The position numbers were made by a program, and so were the translations under genes. Below are positions 58,924-64,000 of a stretch of DNA of 64,000 bases, in pieces. How positions within the stretch are numbered: position 1 is the first letter of the stretch; each line of letters opens with the position of its first letter. Origin of the DNA: Squalus acanthias (Eukaryota); contig CM059432.1 of assembly GCA_030390025.1 (NCBI GenBank), positions 150,662,001 through 150,726,000 of the forward strand, in the 5' to 3' direction. The notes under the pieces are model-generated. The model searched no databases and had not been told where the DNA came from. It saw only the letters and a program-made list of their open reading frames with translations.

Positions 58924-59731
58924 AAGTTGATAAGCAAAGTAGCCACTTGAATATTAAAATTAATTCAGGTAACTCAAACGCAATTCTGTTTTTCTCAGCG
59001 ACTCAAATTTATAAGTACTATTAGCAAGATAATGAAGTTAATATCGCACAATAACAAAAAACTTCATTCACACCATTGGAAAAAACAAGACAGATGTTTC
59101 TGGAAAAAAGATTGGACAATCATAGAATCATAGAAAGTTACAGCACGGAAGGAGGCCATTTCGGCCCATCGTGTCCGCGCCGGCCAACAAAGAGCTGTCC
59201 AGCCTAATCCCACTTCCCAGCTCTTGGTCCGTAGCCCTGCAGGTTACAGCATCCCAAGTGCACATCCAAGTACTTTTTAAATGTGGTTAGGGTTCCTGCC
59301 TCTACCACCCTTTCAAGCAGTGAGTTCCAGACACCCACAACCCTCTGGGTGAAGAAATTTCCCCTCAAATCTCCTCTAAACCTTCCATCAATTACTTTAA
59401 ATCTGTGCCCCCTGGTTTTTGACCCCTCTGCTAAGGGAAATAGGTCCTTTCTATCCACTTTATCTAGGCCCCTCATAATTCTATACACCTCAATAAGGTC
59501 TCCCCTCAGCCTCCTCTGTTCCAAGGAAAACAGACCCAGCCTATCCAGTCTTTCCTCATAGCTAAGATTCTCTACTCCCGGCAACATCCTTGTAAATCTC
59601 CTCTGTACCCTCTCTAGTGCAATCACATCTTTCCTGTAATGTGGTGACCAGAACTGCACGCAGTACACTAGCTGAGGCCTAACTAGTGTTTTATACAGTT
59701 GAAGCATAACCGCCCTGCTCTTGTATTCTAT

Positions 59732-60222
59732 TGAGAGGTCGCACAACACCAGGTTATAGTCCAACAGTTTTATTTGAAATCACAAGCTTTCGGAGCTATC
59801 GATTGCTCCTTCCTCAGGTGAAGTAAATTAGATACAGAATCGCCAAAGCATATATAGATAGAAAACAAAGCATGTGTACCTTACAATTGCAGACCACTAA
59901 ATTAAATCATCCTGACTATCTGCCGAGGTGTGCTAAAGTTAATTAAGTCAGCCAGGAAGGTACCACATCAAAGACATAGCAAGATACAACTGAGACAATG
60001 AGGTGTAGTCGCAGTGGTCTGCAATTGTAAGGTACACATGCTTTGTTTTCTATCTATATATGCTTTGGCGATTCTGTATCTAATTTACTTCACCTGAGGA
60101 AGGAGCAATCGATAGCTCCGAAAGCTTGTGATTTCAAATAAAACTGTTGGACTATAACCTGGTGTTGTGCGACCTCTCAATTTTGTCCACCCCAGTCCAA
60201 CACCGGCATCTCCGCATCATGA
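59732..60222 (+). mobile_element. Penelope-like terminal-repeat insertion with an inverted 5' copy (palindrome)
   Basis: TSD CTTGTATTCTA(T) at 59720-59731 and 60223-60234. Inverted arms 59731-59898 and 60013-60180, then a ~41-nt unpaired 3' tail. Confidence 0.85.
60090..60131 (+). ncRNA. Minimal type I hammerhead ribozyme motif (mirror copy on - strand at 59780-59821)
   Basis: TCAC-CTGAGGA-A-GGAGC-AATCGATA-GCTCC-GAAA-GCTT-GTGA: catalytic core, stem II GGAGC/GCTCC, stem I TCAC/GTGA, palindromic stem III. Confidence 0.75.
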
Positions 60223-63200
60223 CTTGTATTCTATGCCACGGCTAATAAAGGCAAGCATTCCGTATGTCTTCTTAACCACCTTATCTACTTGGCCTGCTAC
60301 CTTCAGGGATCTGTGGACATGCACTCCAAGGTCCCTTTGTTCCTCTACACTTCTCAGTGTCCTACATTTAATGTGTATTCCCTTTCCTTGTTAGCCCTCC
60401 CCAAATGCATTACCTCACACTTCTCCGGATTGAATTCCATTTGCCACTGTTCTGCCTACCTGACCAATTTTTTGATACCTTCCTGCAGTCTACAGCTTCC
60501 TTCTTCAGTATCAACCACACAGCCGATTTTAGTATCATCTGCAAACTTCTTAATCATACCCCCTATATTCAAGTCTGGATCATTCATATATACCACAAAC
60601 AGCAAGGGACTTAGTACTGAGCCCTGCGGAACCCCACTGGAAACAGCCTTCCAGTCACAAAAACACCCATCAACCATTACCCTCTGCTTCCTGTCTCCGA
60701 GCCAGTTTTGAATCCAACTTGACACTTTGCCCTGGATGCCATGGGCTTTTAACTTCGTGACCAGTCTGCCTTGTGGAACCTTATCAAAAGCCTTGCTAAA
60801 GTCCATATACACTAAATCAAATTCACTACCATCATCTACCCTCCTTGTTACCTCCTCAAAAAATTCAATCAAGTTTGTCAGACACGACCTTCCCTTAACA
60901 AATCCGTGCTGACTATCCTTGATTAATCCGTGTCTTTCTAAATGAAGATTTATCCTGTCCTTCAGAATTCTTTCCAATAATTTTCCCACCACCGAGGTTA
61001 GGTTGACTGGCCTATAATTACTCGGTCTATCCTTTTCTCCCTTTTTAAACAAGGGTACCACATTAGCAGTCCTCCAGTCCTTCAGCACCACACCTGAAGC
61101 CAGAGAGGATTGAAAAATGATGGTCAGGGCCTCTGCTATTTCCTCTTTTGCTTCGCTTAACAGCCTGGGATACATTTCATCCAGGCCTGGGGATTTATCC
61201 ACTTTTAAAGCTGCTAAACCCCTTAATACTTCCTCTCTCACTATGTTTATTTCATCTAATATTTCACACTCCTCCCCCGATAGCAATGTCTGCTTCGCCC
61301 CTCTCCTTTGTGAAAACAGACGCAAAGTATTCATTAAGAACCCGACAGACGTCTCCCGCCTCCACACACACATTACCCTCATGATCTCTAATAGGCCCTC
61401 TTACTCTTAATATATTTATAAAACATCTTTGGGTTTTCCTTGATTTTACTTGCCAAGAATTCTTCATGCTCTCCCTTTGCTTTCCTAATATCCTTTTTAA
61501 TTGCACCCCTGCACTTTCTGTACTCCTCTAAAGATTCTGGAGTATTTAGCCCTCGGTATCTGTCATACTCCTATTTTTCTTTATCCTACCCTGTATGTCC
61601 CTAGACATCCAGGGGGCTCTAGATTTGTTAGTCCCACCTTTCCCTTTAAGGGCACATATTTGGTCTGAACCCTCCGGATCTCCTCCTTGAATGCCTCCCA
61701 CTGCTCTGACACTGATTTACCTTCAAGTAGCTGTTTCCAGTCCACTATGGCTAAATCCCCTGAGCTTAGCAAAGTTTGCTTTTCCCCAATTTAAAATTTT
61801 TATTCCTGGTCCATCCTTGTCCTTTTCCATAACTACCTTAAATCTAACAGAATTATGGTCACTAGCACCAAAATGCTCCCCCACTGATACGCCTTCTACC
61901 TACCCAGCTTCATTCCCTAAAACTAAGTCCAGAACTGCCCCCTGCCTTGTTGGGCTTGCTACATACTGGCTAAAAAAGTTCTCCTGGATGCATTTTAGGA
62001 ATTCCGCACCCTCTATACCCTTCGCACTAATTATATCCCAGTTACTATTGGGGTAGTTGAAATCCCCTACTATTACTGCCCTGTAGTTTTTGTTCTTCTA
62101 TCTCCCTCTCACTGTTTGGGGATCTGTAGTACACTCCCAGCAGTGTGATCGCCCCTTTTTGTTTTTCAATTCGACCCATATGGCCTCGTTTGATGATCCC
62201 TCCAACATATCATCCCCTCCTCACAGCTGTAATAGTTTCTCTAATCAATACCGCAACCCCCCCTCCCTTTTTACCTCCCTCTCTATCCCGTCTGAAAATC
62301 CTGTAACCAGGAATGTTGAGCTGCCATACCTGCCCCTCTTTCAGCCACGTCTCTAATAGCTATAATATCATAGTCCCAAGTATCTACCTGTGCCCTCAGC
62401 TCATCTGCCTTGTTCGCTATACTCCTTGCATTGAAGTATATACCAGTTAGTACAGGCAAACCTCCTTGTTGACTACTATCTAGCCCTTGATTCCTCTGTC
62501 CTTCCAGTTTACTTTCTACGTTTTTGTTTTCCAATTCCAGTTTTTCTTCCCTCCCTATTGACTCTATACTTAGGATCCCATCCCCCTGCCAAGCTAGTTT
62601 AAACCCTCCCCAACAGCACTAGCAAACCCTCCCGCGAGGATATTGGTCCCGTTCCCGTTGAGGTGCAACCTGTCTGTCTTGTAGAGGTCCCACCTCCCCC
62701 AGAAACAGTTCCAATTTCTCAGGAATCTAAAGCCCTCCCTCCTACACCATCTCTCCAGCCACACATTCATCTGCTCTAACTCCCTATTTGTGTACTCACT
62801 AGCACGTGGCACTGGTAGTAATCTGGAGATTACTACCTTTGAGGTCCTGCTTTTTAACCTCTTCCCTAGCTCCCTAAATTCTGCCTGCAGGACCTCGTCC
62901 CTCTTCCTACCTATGTCGTTGGTACCGATATGGACCACGACCTCTGGCTGTTCACCCTCCCCCCTCAGAATGTCCTGCAGCCATTCAGTGACATCCTTGA
63001 CCCTGGAACCAGGGAGGCAACATACCATCCTGGACTCACGTCTGCGGCCGCAGAAACGCCTGTCTGCTCCCCTAACTATTGAATCCCCTATCACTCTTGC
63101 TCTCCCTCTCCTCTCCCCCCCCACCTGTGCAGCTGAGCCTTCCATGGTGCTGTGGACTTGGCTCTGGCTGCACTCCCCAGAGGAACCATCGCCCTCACCA

Positions 63201-64000
63201 GTACTCAGCACCGAATACTGGTTGGTGAGCAAGATGGGCTCAGGGGACTCCTGTACTACCTACCTGGCCCTCCTCTTCTGTCTGACGATCACCCATTCCC
63301 TCGCTGCCTGCACACTCTTAAGCTGCGGGGTGACAACCCCCCGAAACGTGCTATCCACGTAGCTCTCAGCCTCGCGGATGCACAGCAGTGACTGCAGCCG
63401 TCGCTCGAGCTCCGTAACCCGGTGCTCGAGCTGCTATAGCTGGCGACACTTCCCGCACATGTGGTCGTCCAGACCACGAGAGGTGTCCAGGATTTCCCAC
63501 ATGGCACAGGATGTGCATTCCACGGGTATGAGCTGCCCTGCCATACCTCTAATTAACAGACTATTTACTAACCTAGCTGGAATAAACTTAAAAACTTTAA
63601 GAAAGCCAAGTAAAAACACTTACCAGATACTCACCAATCAGCTCCCTCGTTTTGAACATTTAGTTTTTAATCCCGGCTCTTAATTTAAACCAATGCCCAA
63701 GATAAAGAGAGAAATACTGACCAACCAATCACTTCCCTGCTTTCCTGTGACGTCACTCCTTGTTTTTTGGACTCCTGGATTTTTCCCTCTCTGCTCCGGT
63801 TCCCGGCTCGGTCCGCTCCTCCTCGGCTGCTCGCATACACAAGTGTCACAAAACTATGCCATCCAGCAGTGTCTGCAACATGGTCACAATTTATAGCCAA
63901 TGTAAGCATGCCTCTGCCCTAGTGTACCACAAAATGGTAAAATACCTTTGCAGGGCCATGAACAGCTCCACACTTCACTCTGCAGAAGTTGCAGACCCAC

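Larger units (their letters stand above)
59118..63830 (-). mobile_element. Near full-length CR1 LINE (5' UTR, ORF1 zinc finger plus SGNH esterase, ORF2), disrupted and interrupted by a PLE insertion
   Basis: ORF1 starts at ATG 63544 (CTSC...CGKC; VIGDSIVRG, HIGTND, DRLHLN). ORF2 pieces 60456-61382 and 59204-59730; 3' tail at 59118. Confidence 0.95.

Overview
Repeat-dense vertebrate genomic DNA, very probably from a shark or other cartilaginous fish. That host call is inferred from the repeat set: DeuSINE/SacSINE1-type SINEs, abundant CR1 and L2 LINEs, Harbinger transposons and Penelope-like elements. No clear host protein-coding gene is visible, only two weak minus-strand exon candidates near 47.8-48.9 kb. 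The centrepiece is a 12.7-kb, very young endogenous retrovirus-like provirus at 27676-40388, inserted into a CR1 LINE. It has 1669-bp near-identical LTRs, a GGGA target-site duplication (TSD) and a tRNA-Arg(TCG) primer-binding site (PBS) that overlaps the gag start codon. Gag carries a coiled coil, a PSAPPSY late domain and a CCHC knuckle broken by a stop. A CAA-TGA-CTAG readthrough-type junction leads into an intact pol: PR, RT, a degenerate RNase H tether, a second retroviral-type RNase H, IN and a long C-terminal tail. The intact env resembles a paramyxovirus-type F fusion protein with an apparent N-terminal Ig-like domain. This architecture best matches lokiretroviruses. A solo LTR of a diverged sister subfamily lies at 243-1898. 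The window also holds a 5'-truncated but uninterrupted Penelope-like RT/GIY-YIG ORF, and a palindromic Penelope terminal insertion carrying hammerhead ribozyme motifs on both strands. All comparisons were made by eye; no searches or alignments were run.
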